The notes below the pieces were generated by a model. That model ran no database searches and had not been told where the DNA came from. It worked only from the letters and a program-made list of their open reading frames with translations. Positions 15,247 to 28,214 of a stretch of 64,000 nucleotides of DNA are shown one piece after another. Both the position numbers and the translations under genes were made by a program. Each line of letters begins with the position of its first letter. Position 1 is the stretch's first letter. Source of the DNA: Podarcis tiliguerta (Eukaryota); NCBI GenBank assembly GCA_965153285.1, contig OZ229113.1; one strand, given 5' to 3'.

Positions 15247-15410
15247 GGGCCATAGCTTGATGCTCGAGCATCTGGCTTACAAACAGAAGGTCCCAGGTCC
15301 AAGTATAGGCTGGTAATATTGCCTGCCTGAAACCTTGGAGAGCAGCTGCCAGTCAGTGTAGACAGTACTGAGAGGGACCAGTGGTCTGCCTCTGTTAAAA
15401 CAAGTTCCTG
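15247..15410 (+). mobile_element. Degenerate tRNA-derived squamate SINE (Squam3-like)
   Basis: GGGCCATAGCT...GAAGGTCCCAGGT head and GAGAGCAGCTGCCAGTCAGTGTAGACAGTACTGAG...GGACCAGTGGTCTG body. The same body occurs at 40590-40614 and 41244-41290. Confidence 0.6.
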
Positions 15411-15650
15411 TGATAAGTGTTGTTTTCTGACAAATGTTTAGATCGGTTGGCATATGCTATGTTCCTCTCATGATGTGTGGCGGAGTTCCCCCAGTCCATA
15501 TGCGAGCTCCCCTTCCCCCTTTCCTGTCGCATGGAACTTGGAGCTTCAGAAGCAGCATTTTCTTGAAACGCTGGATAAATTAAAATGTGGATTAACTCTT
15601 TGTTTCAGAAACCTACTTCCGTATAATAACATCTATTTCTCCTTAAATAG

Positions 15651-15665
15651 GGCCTGGAAATCTGA
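15651..15665 (+). CDS. BCLAF3: Probable BCLAF3 terminal coding exon (GLEI-stop), followed by 3' UTR
   Basis: Acceptor tatttctccttaaatag|GGC CTG GAA ATC TGA in phase 0. Followed by AT-rich UTR-like sequence and AATAAA at 16047. The short coding part makes the assignment uncertain. Confidence 0.6.
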   Translation, partial: GLEI

Positions 15666-16046
15666 GCTGCAGTACTGAAGGCAGTATCTCTGATTATGAT
15701 GATCGTTGCAAGAGAGCATCCGATGGCATTTGTCAAGAACTGAAATGGGAAAAGCAAAACTAATACTTTAATTTTTCTTGATAAAGATAATTTTATTTTT
15801 CATTAGTGGGATGTTGCAGAACTTTTTTACAGTTTTAATAATGGCTTTTCAAATACAGTATTCAACTGAACATTGTAGGGTTGCTCCTTTTACTTCCTCT
15901 TGCCGGCAAGTCAGAGAAAAAAAAAACAACCTGAAGGGAGTCTTTATTTATTGAATATTTCCCCCTCACTCTAAGCATGGTTTTATTACTAGACATTGAG
16001 TTGTTATACACAGAAGTTTATATGTTTAAAGTTTATTTGCTTATAT

Positions 16047-16052
16047 AATAAA
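16047..16052 (+). terminator. Candidate polyadenylation signal of BCLAF3
   Basis: AATAAA about 380 nt after the putative stop codon, in U-rich context. Confidence 0.5.
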
Positions 16053-19000
16053 AATGAAAAAGTGCCTATTGCCATGAGTATCTTATGATTTCTCTAAGCA
16101 ATTACTTTTGAATTGCTATAGCTCTGCTCACCTGGAAGTTTTCTTAATACTGAATACAGAAATAGCCAATGTGGTGCCCTCCAAAGGTTGTGGTACTCCT
16201 CTCCCATGAGCCCTAGCCAGCATGTCCAGCAGTAAGGGATGTTAAGAGTCCAACAATATCAGTAGGATACTATGTTTAATAAATTTGGTTACATTCTGTA
16301 ACGCAAAAATGAAATTTGCCAGAAAACCTTTAGCCAGCTCAGAGCTGTTAAAAAACCAGTAGGAAATGTGGATCACGGAGTGCATGTGGATGACACTCAC
16401 CATTTTGCAAATGGTCTTTCGCTTGTGCAACAGTCCTTTTTTTTTTTTTTCCACCCTTCCTCCAAATCTATTCTGCAGCATCCCCAACCTTAGATCAGAT
16501 ATGTGGAAGGTAGAGGGGCTTTAGTGGGAAGATGGAATCGATTCCACCAGATGAATAATGGTATTTCAAACCTTGTTGCAATGGAGTGAGTTTGTAACTT
16601 GGATCACGGAAGCTGCATGATACATGCAGCTTTATCTCTGGGTCCACTTTTGTAATAGCGAATGGTGTCTCCAGGTTCCCAAAGTGCTACACTGAGTACA
16701 ACTGTCTAATAATGCTTTCATAGAATTATGAACTGTGGCATGTCTTACAACAGCACTGAAAGCTGCAGGCATCCCCATAAGCTCCAACTCTTCATTCACA
16801 GCCTCTTGCTTAAACTCAAACCAAGGCCATTTGAAAAAACAAGATGTTGGGAATAAGAAGAGCTGCATGTGGTTACTACATTGCAATGCATGACTAGTGT
16901 ATTGTGGGGCAATGGATACAAATCAGAATATGAGTAAACAACTGAAACTTGTTGCATCTGAAATAAAAGTAAAAGACAGGAAATCACTGTGAGAACAAAC
17001 ATAATTTCACAGAACAGAAGGTAACATTACTGGGTAATGAGACTTTAATTTCATTATAGTGAGCAGAAAAGATAGGCCCTAGAAGCCAAAAAAAGGCACA
17101 CCTGTTTTCTTTTTTTAATCAGACGGATGCAGATGGTGATATAAGTTTTTAGGATATGACAGTTAAAATTCTGGAGTGTATATCACAGAAGTGCTACTGT
17201 TTTATATTTCATAGGCTCATGTATTTTCAGGAGCAAATAAAGCACCTGTCTGTTTTCTGTAGCAGATAATCTTTTATTTCAGCTGATTTGTCTGGTAACA
17301 CTTGTTAATGAAGTAGGAGGCCTCTGAGCTGCTTAATTATTATTTTTAAAAGTTTTTTAGGAGTTGGGGAAATAATAAAATACAAATATTTCCCACCGTC
17401 TCTTTAATTTTTGCAGATGTATAAAGTACCCAATGTAAAAAGTGGTAAAGAGGATCTGTACAAATGATTGTTTTTCTGCAGTTGTTGGACAAGCTGTACC
17501 TGCCGAAGTGCTCTCTACTATATAACGACTGTTAACCCTGGAAGAACAACATTCTGCATTTACACTTCCTGTTCTACCAGATCTGTATGCCAGAGTGTCT
17601 TCTCACAGTAACAAAAGGAGGTTGCAGTTAGCCAGATCTAAGCCTTGTAAGTTTCTTCCCTAATTATAATACATTATAGGTTTCTTTCTGTCATAACAGA
17701 ACTGAGTTTATTCATAACAACTGTCACCGATGCATTTTTATCACACTTGGCCTACTTTTGTTGAGTTTCCCTATAACACAATCTTTTTAAAATCTTTCCA
17801 TTTTAAAATAAGTGAGCTGTGAAGAATCCAGGTCTACATATAACACATTTGTCCTCCACAAAATACAATTCTGAATTCTTATATGTCAAGTTCTGATAAT
17901 TAATTGAAGCAAGTATCGTACCAACAGATGGGAAAGAGAGAGCTTATTAGGCCTTTAATTTAGATGGTGATGATTAATCCCTAGCTAGCTGTACTATAAA
18001 CATTTCTTTACTTCAGCATCTTTTAAGGTGTATTTTGATGTCATAAGAATGTAAAAGTGTGATAGTGCTGAAGTTCATTGCTGATATGTTATTTATGCAG
18101 TCCCATGCTGTAAATGATCCATGCTGTGATTTTAACTAAAAATTCTTTGAAGGTTTTTTTGGATTTCTAGGAATGGCTGTGGAAGCTGTAACTGTATAAA
18201 TGCAAACTATTTTATTCCCCAAGCCTTTAACAATTAGCATTTATTTAGTTAGTTAATAGTTAAATGGGATCAAGCTTTAAGGCCTTTTTTAATTTACAAA
18301 ATCTGCAAAAATGTGATAATATAAATGTATGTACAGTGTACCAATGAGAAGGGAACTGTCCCCAGAAGCATGTGATATGCCATTGCTGAAAATAAGCAGC
18401 TGGGCTAAAGGGACATTTAGTCTGATCCAACAGATCCATTCTTATGTTAGGTTCTGGTTCTTGGCATGATATCAGAAGATGAGATGGTGAAGGCATATGG
18501 ACCTTCTATCTGTCATTTATAACTAGGAGGCCTCGGCCCCTCTGCTCACCGCCATCTCACCCCACCCCCACCCCATAGTAACACCAAAGACCTCCTTTCC
18601 AACCCATGGAACTATTACACCCCCTTTTCAGTTCCCCAACTCTGTTTCTGAGGTGTCCTCTCTTGGGACTGGCACTTTTAAACAGTGACAAGAGATTTGA
18701 GTAAAACAGGGGAAGCAGGGTTCTGAGGGGTTGCCTTTTTATAGAAAACAAGCAAGGATAAATAGAGAAGGGCATAACACAGAAGCAAACACCAAGAAAT
18801 TCACACAGCAGAACCTTTCCCAACTCCCTTCTCACTGTACTCAAATCTTTTTTTAAACTACCACTTTCCACCCCTCAGTGATCACTCTGCTGAAGCCTCT
18901 GCCATTGTTTACAATCACAATTTTTCCTCCTTTCAGTTTCCTTCCAAGGATGTGGAGCCCTCAAGTATTCCACTGCTTTCTTTACTCAAACACCTGTTGT

Positions 19001-19252
19001 TTTAAGCCACCACTTTTCACCTGTATGGGTCCGTTGCTCCTCACTCTCATGCCATGGCTGTTATAACTGGTCTACTCTTTTGCTCCCCTTCCTCATCCTG
19101 ACTTCATGCAAATCCAGGATTGTGATGCAACACTCCAAATCCTCCACTGGGGGCTGTGTGATGACAGCATGATATTTTTATGTATACAGGGAGATGTAAG
19201 CTAAGCACCAGTTTGCTTGCAGCTGCTTCTAGTTTGGTTACACCACACTTCT

Positions 19253-20510
19253 GCAAATGTAAGGTTCTACACTTAGGCAGGAAGAACCAGCAGCACAAAT
19301 ATGATAGTGGACACCTGGTTTGCCAGTAGTACATGTGTAAAGGATCTAGGGATCTTAGTAGACCATAAGATTAACATGAGTCAACAGTGTGATGCAGCAG
19401 CAAAAAAGAAAAAGCTAATACTGTTCTAGTCTGCAGCAATGGACTTAAGAGTCCCAATCAAGGGAAGTCATAGTCCCGTTCTGTTGTTTAGTCATTTTGT
19501 TGTGTCCGACTCTTTGTGACCCCATGGACCAGAGCACGCCAGGCACTCCTGTCTTCCACTGCCTCCCGCAGTTTGGTCAAACTCATGCTGGTAGCTTTGA
19601 GAACACTGTCCAGCCATCTCGTCCTCTGTCATCCCCTTCTCCTTGTGCCCTCTATCTTTCCCAACATTAGTCTTTTCCAGGGAGTCTTTCTCTTCTCATG
19701 AGGTGTATTGGAGCCTCAGCTTCAGGATCTGTCCTTCCAGTGAGCACTCAGGGCTGATTTCCTTCAGAATGGATAAGTTTTATCTTCTTGCAGTCCATGG
19801 GACTTTCAAGAGTCTCCTCCAGCACCATAATTCAAAAGCATCAATTCTTTGGCGATCAGCCTTCTTTATGGTCCAGCTCTCACTTTCCTACATCACTACT
19901 GGGAAAACCATAGCTTAACTATACGGACTTTTGTTGGCAAGGTGATGTCCCTGCTTTTTAAAATGCTGTCTAGGTTTGTCATCGCTTAGAGCAGGACTAG
20001 CCCTGTTCTATTCTGCCTTAATCAGACCCCCACCTGGAGTACTGTATATAGTTCTGGGCACTACAATTTAAAGAGGATATTTACAAGCTGGAACGTGTGC
20101 AGAGGAGGGTGACCATGATGATCAAGGGTCTGGAAAACAAGCCTTAGGAGGAACAGTTGAGGGAATGGGGTATGATTACCCCTATTCAACTATCTAAAGG
20201 ACTGTCACATGGAGGATGGAGCAAGCTTGTTTTCTCCAGCTTCAGAGCCTAGGACCCAAACAAAAGGATTCAAGTTACAAAATACAAGATTCCTACTAAA
20301 CATCAGTAAGAGATGTTCAACACTGGAACAGCTTCTCTCAGATGGTGGTGAACTCTCCTTCCTTTGAAGCAGGTTTTAGGCAGAGGTTGGATGGCCACCC
20401 CTCATGTATGCTTTAGTTAAGATTCCTGCATTGCAGGGCATTGGACTAGGTGACCCTCGGCATCCCTTTCAACTCTATGATTCTATGATTCACTTTCCCC
20501 CCATAGAAGT
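19253..20510 (+). mobile_element. 5'-truncated CR1 LINE 3' end, interrupted by a BovB insertion
   Basis: Degenerate ORF2 C-terminus (KCKVLHLGRKNQQHKY; HLEYC..FWA...K.DI.KLERVQRR.T) and a CR1-type tail CAACTCTATGATTCTATGATTC. Confidence 0.85.
19481..19987 (-). mobile_element. BovB (RTE clade) LINE 3' fragment
   Basis: Minus strand reads AMTNLDSILKSRDITLPTKVRIV...ESWTIKKADRQRIDAFELWCWRRLLKVPWTARR, with a BovB-type 3' end (CATGGGGTCACAAAGAGTCGGACAC..ACTAAACAACA). Contains a frameshift and a stop. Confidence 0.88.
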
Positions 20511-22763
20511 GATTAACTATGCATGGGAGAAAGAAAAGAACTTCATTTGGGAATAGTGCTTGATAAGGAAAAACTTGCTTCTTGGACTTAGAAGCAATAG
20601 TGATGGGATAAGCTCTGCCTCCAGTAGTATTCCTTAAAGTGTGTAAGAAGTCAATGTGTCCTTTGCTTTGGAAATACATAGGGTGATTTCCTCATGGACA
20701 TCTTGCATCTTGATTACTGACGTAATTAACACAACACAACCTTCCCCAACTCCCTTCTCACTGTACAGTGTGCAGTGTGTCTTTGTGTCCTCTAGAGGGC
20801 CACCTCACACTAAAAAAAAAATGCTCGGGGTTATCCACACTCATTTCCTCTGCTTTTCAGGGTCTTTGCAAATCATGGATCTTCCTCACATTCTGTTATA
20901 ATAGACACACCAGTAACAACAGAAAAGATGCACAGGTTGCCAGCTTCTTGCCTTGCTGTTAACCAGCAATCGGGACTCTTTGTCACAGCAGCAACAATGA
21001 GAACAAAGGTACCTGCTGCTTTTCTTCCCCACCCTTCCACCTTGCACCTTCAGATTATTTTGTAAATTGTAGCCAGACCCATATCAAGGCATGCCCCAGG
21101 TATAGTCTAGCCCTGGTTAGGAAAATCACCCCACCCCACCCCATTATGAGGTGGCGGGTTTTGCTGCTTCTGGCATTGCTTGCAGCAGCATGGGGACCAG
21201 GCTTAACCGCACTATCCCAGTTGACCACATGTGAAAAACTGGGATTCTGCAGTTGGAGAGCCTAGCCCTTGCACCCTTGCACCACTGCAAATAAGCTGGT
21301 GCCCACAGGGACTGGCACAGTGGGAGGCAGGGAGGCCAACAGCAGATGGAGCCATAGCCAGTGGCAGGCAGAGCCAACTCATTCTGGTTCTGTCCTCCTC
21401 ACTGGGATAAAACAGAAACTAACTGAGAGGAAGCTGACAGGTAGTGTGACCCCTTGGGCTGGCTGTAAGTAAGAAGGCAGGGAGGTGAGGGCCAGCTGAA
21501 AGCAGTCTGAGGATGGTGGGGCAGTGCCCCATTTGTCCAAACTGACCTCATCTAACTCAGGGCAGAAAGGAAACAAGGTAATTTCCCTTCCTCCTTGGAG
21601 CCACTGAGGCATTTTAAATGTGTGTGGCTGGCTTTGTCTGCTTTCAGGTTTGGAAAGGGGCAAAAGAAACCAGCTACCTCATCAAACAGTCAGACCCCAC
21701 CATATCTGGAAGTGAATTGTACACTCTATATTAAATTACTTTAAAAATCAATACAGTATAATGGGAAAGTGAGGAGAGGGGGTCTGTGTTTTCTTTGTTA
21801 GACTGTGTGTTTGGGGATGGTGTGTGTGTGTGTAGTTGAGTGAAGGATGAGAGGATTCTTGTGTGAAGAGTTGAGGGGGGAGGTCTTTAAAGAGAGAAAC
21901 TGCATTCAAAGGAGTACTTTTTATGTGATGAGGATCAAACGTCCATCTTCTTGGCATTTGGGTTCTGAGACAAGTTACATGTCTTCTAGTGTCACCAGTG
22001 TTCTTCTTGTGAAATAGACCTCTCTTAGAGCAGAAAACGATGGGTTGAAATATGTGGCTTGCACGTTTGGTATTTGGGGTTCAGACCCAACCTCTGACTT
22101 ATACTTATTCATTTTGTGATCCTGGCCAATAATCTCCCATCTAGTCCAGCACCTGGTTTGCAGCAGTAGCCAGCCAAACGTCTTTGAGGAATTTAAAAAC
22201 AACAGAGCATTTATCTATTCCATCATCGGCATTTGGTACTGAGGCAGAGAAAACGTGTGTTATGGCTCCTCTATATTACTGCTGCCAAATTCCTAATTGT
22301 GAGGCTTTTCTTCCAGTGTGTAAATGTCATGTGACTTTAAGCAACATCACTGTGTGTTCTGCATGCACACATATGGAAAATACACAAGTGCTGTAGTGGT
22401 GCATGCTACGTCCACAAATGATCATGAACTCCAGTAGAATTTATTGGGCTTCGTGGAGATAAAATTTTCTAGATACACTCAAGTATAGTGCAATATTTGC
22501 ATAAAGAATTCAGCAGCTCTAATCAGTTCTCCTACATTTTCAAGCAGGTATGACTCATTTAAGCAAACAGTGTTTAATCTAGGTCCACGAATCACAGTCC
22601 TGTTTACTCCTACATGCCATAGCATTTTGGCGACTCCGGTAGAGGTCTTTCATATCACCCACTGCCTGGTCCTTTTCCAGGAGTTGAGAAGTGCATCTAG
22701 ATCCAGATTAATGTCATAATTCAGATCAGGAGGTATTTTATTAATAAGTAAACGGGGGGGGGG

Positions 22764-23106
22764 GGGACTCAGGTGGCGCTGTGGGTTAAACCACAGAGCC
22801 TAGGACTTGCCGATCAGAAGGTCGGCGGTTCGAATCCCTGCGACAGGGTGAGTTCCCATTGCTCGGTCCCTGCTCCTGCCAATCTAGCAGTTCAAAAGCA
22901 TGTCAAAGTGCAAGTAGATAAATAGGTACCGCTCCGGCGGGAAAGTAAACGACATTTCCGTGCACTGTTCTGTTCTTAGTCCTGCTGGCCACATGACCCG
23001 GAAGCTGTACGCCGGCTTCCTTGGCCAGTAAAGCGAGATGAGCGCTGCAACCCCAGAGTCGGCCACGACTGGACCTAATGGTCAGGGGTCCCTTTACCTT
23101 TACCTT
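22764..23106 (+). mobile_element. Full-length Sauria SINE (lacertid type)
   Basis: tRNA-like head (GGTGGCGCTGTGG A box, GGTTCGAATCCC B box), the typical body and an (ACCTTT)n tail. Confidence 0.92.
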
Positions 23107-23399
23107 AAACACACATCTATATACAACACCCATCAACTGAACTCAACCTTGTCTAACTGACAAAGCTGAAAGGTTGGCTCTTACAAGATTCTATTCATTC
23201 AAGATACCGCCACATATTATTGTCAAGGGCTGAACCTTCTGCACGCAGAACATGTGTTCTACAACTGAGCTATGGCCCTTTAAAATACTCAGCTCTTCTT
23301 GCTATTTAAATTTTGAATAAATCTTAAGAATGTCGCCCCTCCTCCATTTAAATCTGCTTTTCTTGTCTCCTCCTCATGGCGGCCTTGAAAACAGGATGT

Positions 23400-25930
23400 C
23401 ACAGACCCGTTCCTGCCATGCACATGGCCTAAGAATAATTGTCGCACTGTAGGCACGGGCGTTTTAAAAAGCACTCCGCACTCCCCCTTGCTTCCCCCGC
23501 CGGCACTCATCTTCTCCGGCGTGCAGTGTGGCTTTGCGCGCGCTGCTTTGGCTTTGGAACCGAGTCCTTTTGCCAGGAAACCCAATTCTGCCCCGGTTGG
23601 CAGGATCCCGCCCCCGGGCGCCTGCAAGGGCGCCGCTTAACACTGCGCGAGGCGGTTTTTTGTGGGTGTGGCGGGACATGCGGCCAGTGTTGTGGGAGAA
23701 GTGGCCGGCGCCTGAAAAGCACCCGCGTCTCCGTGAACGAGGCAGTCCCCCTCCTGCGCTGGACTTCTCCCCGCGCCGGGCAGCCTGCTCCAAGGGCGAC
23801 TCCCCAACCCCATTTCCACCCTGCAGGCGCGCAAAGCGCCGCGCTCCGCAAGGGAGGTTTCTGCCGGGCGCGTGGGTTGCCACGCATTGCATACAGGGGG
23901 CTCCACAACAAGCACCTCCCTCTTTCCTACGATGATGATGATTACTACTACTATCCCTGTATGATTGTTGGAAAGGAGATTAGGCCCCACGAAGCTCGCC
24001 CTGTGGCCCCGCTTGCCCCCCCCCCCCGCCCTAAGCGGGCGACGCGTGTCCGGTTTTCTCCAGGCAGCTGCCGCCGCTGCTCGTCCGAAGGCGGTGCGCC
24101 GAGGCCGCCGCGGCGCGTTCTCGCGACACTTTCCCTTCTCGCTAGCGGTTATCTCGACGTTGTGGTGAAACCGGCGCCAGCCCGCTAAGCGAAGCGAGCC
24201 CGTTTTGCAGTAGCGCCTGCCGCTGCCGCCTCGGTTGTCCTGGGAAAGGGCGACGTCGCCGCCGCCGCCACCCCTCAGCCTCCCCATTCCCTTCCCGAGA
24301 ACCGCCACCGCCTCCCCCTCCGCTCTTGTTCCCGCCCTGGCGCGCGCGGGCGCGCGCAACCGCATCCACACGCGCACACTCGGCTCTCTCTCTCTCTCGC
24401 AGCCCCAGGTAGAATTCGGCTGCCTTCGCCCGCTCCTCTCCGCGCATCCCTCAGATTTGCAGGTGGCGTGTCAGGTGTTTCGCTTCGTGGTTCTCTTCTT
24501 CGCCGCCCCACCCCTTCCTCTTTTTTGACGCCAGGAAAAGCCTTTTTATTTTTTCTCGCTAGCGGGGGAAGCTTTTCGGAGCAGGAAATAAGATGCAGCT
24601 TCTCTGTTCTTCTTGCAACGGGCACTGACTAGCCGAGAGGAAGCCACGAAGTAGCAGCAGCAGCAGCTACAACGGGCGGAGGAGGAGAGGAGGGCAGCTG
24701 CACCGCCGCCTGGCTCGTCTCCTCTCCCTGCCAGACCTGCAGCCACCTCAAAACTTTCAGCCTGTCTGGCGGAGCCCCAACGCGACATCAATGGGTGAGT
24801 GTGGACGACACCGGCTGGGCTGGGAGTGCGCGGGAGTGCTCGTGCCTGCGCCTATCCCTCCCCTCCCGCCTCCTCTCTCTCTTGGCCAAAGGAGACTTGC
24901 TGCGTGGCTCATTGTAGAGACCAACCTTGCACGAGCCCCTCGACGTCGCTAGCAGGCCGAGGCAGCCAGGCTCTGCCCTCTGAACCAAGCCTGCAGGGAA
25001 AGCCTCATTGCATTGCATTATATTTTGAATAACAGCAATACTAGCAACCACACGTCGCGAGCTAGATCGGCGAACCGCGAGGGTGTGCCCCCCCCCCCCA
25101 ATGTTTCTTTTCTGGGTGTGTGCGCGTTTCGGTGCAGGGGAGCATCCTGCCTTATTCCCTTCGGAGACCTTTAACTCTTCGCTTGCCCCTTCCTCCCTCC
25201 CTCGGTGTTGACCCTCTTCGCGTCGCGCATGTGGCGAGATGTAACCGGAACCGTGTGAATGAAAGAAGGCCAAAAATAAAACAAAAACCTGAACCAAAAC
25301 AAAAACAGCACGGCGGCACCTTGCCATGCGCGGGCAAAATATGTGTGTTAAAGAACACACACACACACAGCCCTTCGCTCTCCTGTGGTGCCGCCCTGTG
25401 CACGACCCTGCGTGGCCAGCTGTAATGTGAGAGACGGGAGAAGGGCGCCTGGGGGCCCGAGACCGATGAAGTGGAGATAAGATAAAGCGGGGTGGGAGGA
25501 GAGCCTGTTTCCACTTCTTCTGCCTCTGTATTTTGTGTGTGTGAGTGAGAGAGAGAGAGAGGGAGAAGGCCGATGCAAAAATCAGCCCTCGCTGCCTGAC
25601 AGGAAATCGGAGGGGCGTGCTGTGCCTTTGACATTTTTTCGAGGGAGGGGAAGAGAGTCTCTCCCTTTCTCCAGCCCCCTTGCCCCTCCCCGCACCGCCC
25701 GAAATGCCTGGTTGGCAGCTTTGCACAGCATCTCTCCTCCCTTCCCTTGGAGACGCCTCATAGTCCATGATGAGCAACCCGAGGCTCTGCTGTGTAGCCC
25801 CGCTGGCTTACCTGTGTGCAGCTCTCTACGCCGGACTCTAGGGGCAGCTCTCAGACCTGGAGGTGTGGCCGGCTTTTGGAAGAGGCTGCGGCTGGCGAGC
25901 CTCATCGATCCTGGCAGCCATCCATCAAAG
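23400..25930. promoter_or_regulatory. SH3KBP1: CpG island / promoter of SH3KBP1, extending into intron 1
   Basis: Abrupt rise in GC and CpG content (GCC runs, CGCG tracts, GC-box-like CCCGCCC) around the ATG-containing first exon. Confidence 0.88.
24791..24794 (+). CDS. SH3KBP1: SH3KBP1 (CIN85) exon 1 coding part: ATG G
   Basis: CATCAATGG|gtgagt with a consensus donor. Splicing to TG GAG GCG at 45775 gives [10 protein letters not shown], the CIN85 N-terminus. Confidence 0.88.
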
Positions 25931-27994
25931 GAAAGGGCAGTCTAGGGTTACCAGATGTTGTTTGCCGCAGCACCACAGAGGAGGGATGGAGGGATCGTTC
26001 CGTATACGGTGTGTCCATTGAGCATCAGTGCTCTGAAATGTCCTCCCTCCACTCCCTCGCTCTTATTTTGTTAAAAAACTTCTAATTGGAAAGCCAAAAG
26101 GTATGCCTGATGTTAGAACATGGCTTTTCAGGAAAGAGAGCAGCAACAAACAAAGATTAAAACGTTGAGCGTAGTAGGGAGTTCATCATGGAGATAGAAA
26201 AGCCCAATAGGTTTGCGAGGAATCTCTTGTGTCGCATGTCAGCGAGAGTTAGGGAATGAATCATCCATTTATATCACTGTCAGGGGCTCTGGAGAGGCAG
26301 CCGTGCCAGGCACTAGCAATCTGAAGGGCAAGCGGCCTGTTTCTGCCTGAAGAAGGGGCTACATTCACGCTTCCACCATGTGTTTGTCATAAATACAATG
26401 TGCTCTCTGTTGCAAGCATTCACGCTTTTGGAAAGTGGGGTGTTGAGCTCTTCTGCCATAGCCACCCTATAGTGTCACATAGTTTTTTTAGAACATAAAA
26501 AACCCCACTTGTTGTATGCAATATATGTTTAGAAGGCAGCAGGCTGGAAGGAATAAAATGAGAGGAGTTTGGGCATTTTACAGCCAGTACATGAATATGG
26601 AAGGGTTTTTGGGTGGGGGGGAAGTCATTCCTTGTTGATGACTGAGCAAGCTTTTGAGCTGGCCAACTAAGTAGGGATTTGCAACTGTAGTTCCTGTGTG
26701 GGTCACATGATTTGCACCAGTTTTTCACTGCTGAGCTTCAGTTACTGCTGTAATATAATGAAGTTCATTCAGTATGTTGGTATTGCATTCAGATGCACTG
26801 ATCTGAGTTCAAATGCTATATTTAATTCACCATTCAATGCTTCTGATGTTCCAGTATTCAAGGGTAGAAGGATTGTGCTGGTCACCCTGACATTAAACTT
26901 TAATATACAACTTGGTGTGTGCATGTATTTTGCTCATTCATCCATATCTTGATTCAATTCTGCTACCCGTCAAGTTTAAATTGAGAAGGATCGTGCAATA
27001 TTTTGCTTCAGTACATTGATATTTTAGGGGAACTTAGTTTCTCAGACAATTTTTTTTGTACATTTCTTTCTGTATGTAGATTCTGATATAGATGTTCAGA
27101 GACTTAACCAAAAAAGAAACATTTTCTTTAGAGCTGGTGTTGCCAAATCTGTTACTGGGGATAGGGATGTGGTTGTCACATGCAACATTTTAGAATAAGC
27201 TTCAGATCTTGATCCTGAGTTTGTTTCTACCTCAATATGGTTGTTGAGAAATTAATGGTTTGCTTTGTACACATTTTGGCATTGATAGTGTCTTTTTGTA
27301 GTGATTGTTGGAGGGTATTGATAAATTTATTTATTTTTTACAGTATCACTTAGTTACTATCGCCTCTTAAGTTGTGGGCAAGTAACTCAATACAATGAAA
27401 ATAAAACTCATTTCAAACTATAAAATCAGAATTTACTTAAAATGCTTGCTGGAATAAAGAAATATTCAGTTGGTACAAGGTGTTCAACAGGGACAGGGCC
27501 TGTCTCACTTCAGCTGGAAGGGAGTTCCTTAAAATTGTGCTTGCGATACTGAACTCATGGCTCTTGGTGGACACAAGTCATGTATCCAAGCCATGGGGCA
27601 CTACTGCCTGTGACTCTCTAAAAGATGTCATTTATCAGGCAGGGATGTAAGGAAGGAATCAGCTGGTCCTTGAGGTATCCAGGACCTAAGTTCTTAAGAG
27701 CCTTGTACAAGAATCTTGAACCTTGCCTGTTAGGGTATGGGCAGCCAGTGCAAGCTTTTGAGCACCCAGGTTATGTGCTTGCAATATTCTGTCCCCATCA
27801 GGAACCTAGCTGCTGTGTTTTGCGCCAGCTAGAGCCTCCGGACCAGACCCAGGGGCAACCTCAAATAGAGCAATTCCTCCCCCATACCATTCAAATTATG
27901 CAAGGCATGTGCCTTCTGTACCCAGAAAGTCCCAGCTTCTGTGCTAAGAAAATCTGTATTCTGTTGTTAAGATGTATAATGCAGATTACGTATA

Positions 27995-28214
27995 CAGTAG
28001 AACCTTGGTTGTTGAACGCCTTGGTACTCAAACATTTCGGCTCCCAAATGCCGAAAACCTGGAAGTAAGTGTTCTGTTTTTCAGAAGTCGAACGTCTGAC
28101 GCAGCTGTCAGCTATTGTTTCTGGGATGCCTGCACCAATTGGAATCTGTGCCTTGGTTTTGGAACATTTCGGAAGTTCTGGAATGGATTGCATTCGAGAA
28201 CCAAAGTACCACTG
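27995..28214. mobile_element. Tc1/mariner-type MITE
   Basis: TA|CAGTAGAACCTTGGTT ... AACCAAAGTACCACTG|TA: imperfect TIRs and TA target duplication. Confidence 0.75.

Noticed and set aside
22764-22850. tRNA gene (A and B boxes present)
   Set aside because: It is the tRNA-derived head of a Sauria SINE and continues into the SINE body and tail.
23439-25945. Long overlapping ORFs (249, 246 and 329 aa and others) on both strands
   Set aside because: They are low-complexity Arg/Gly/Pro/Ala-rich translations typical of a stop-poor CpG island and show no domain. The DDDDYYYY stretch is only a GAT/TAC microsatellite.
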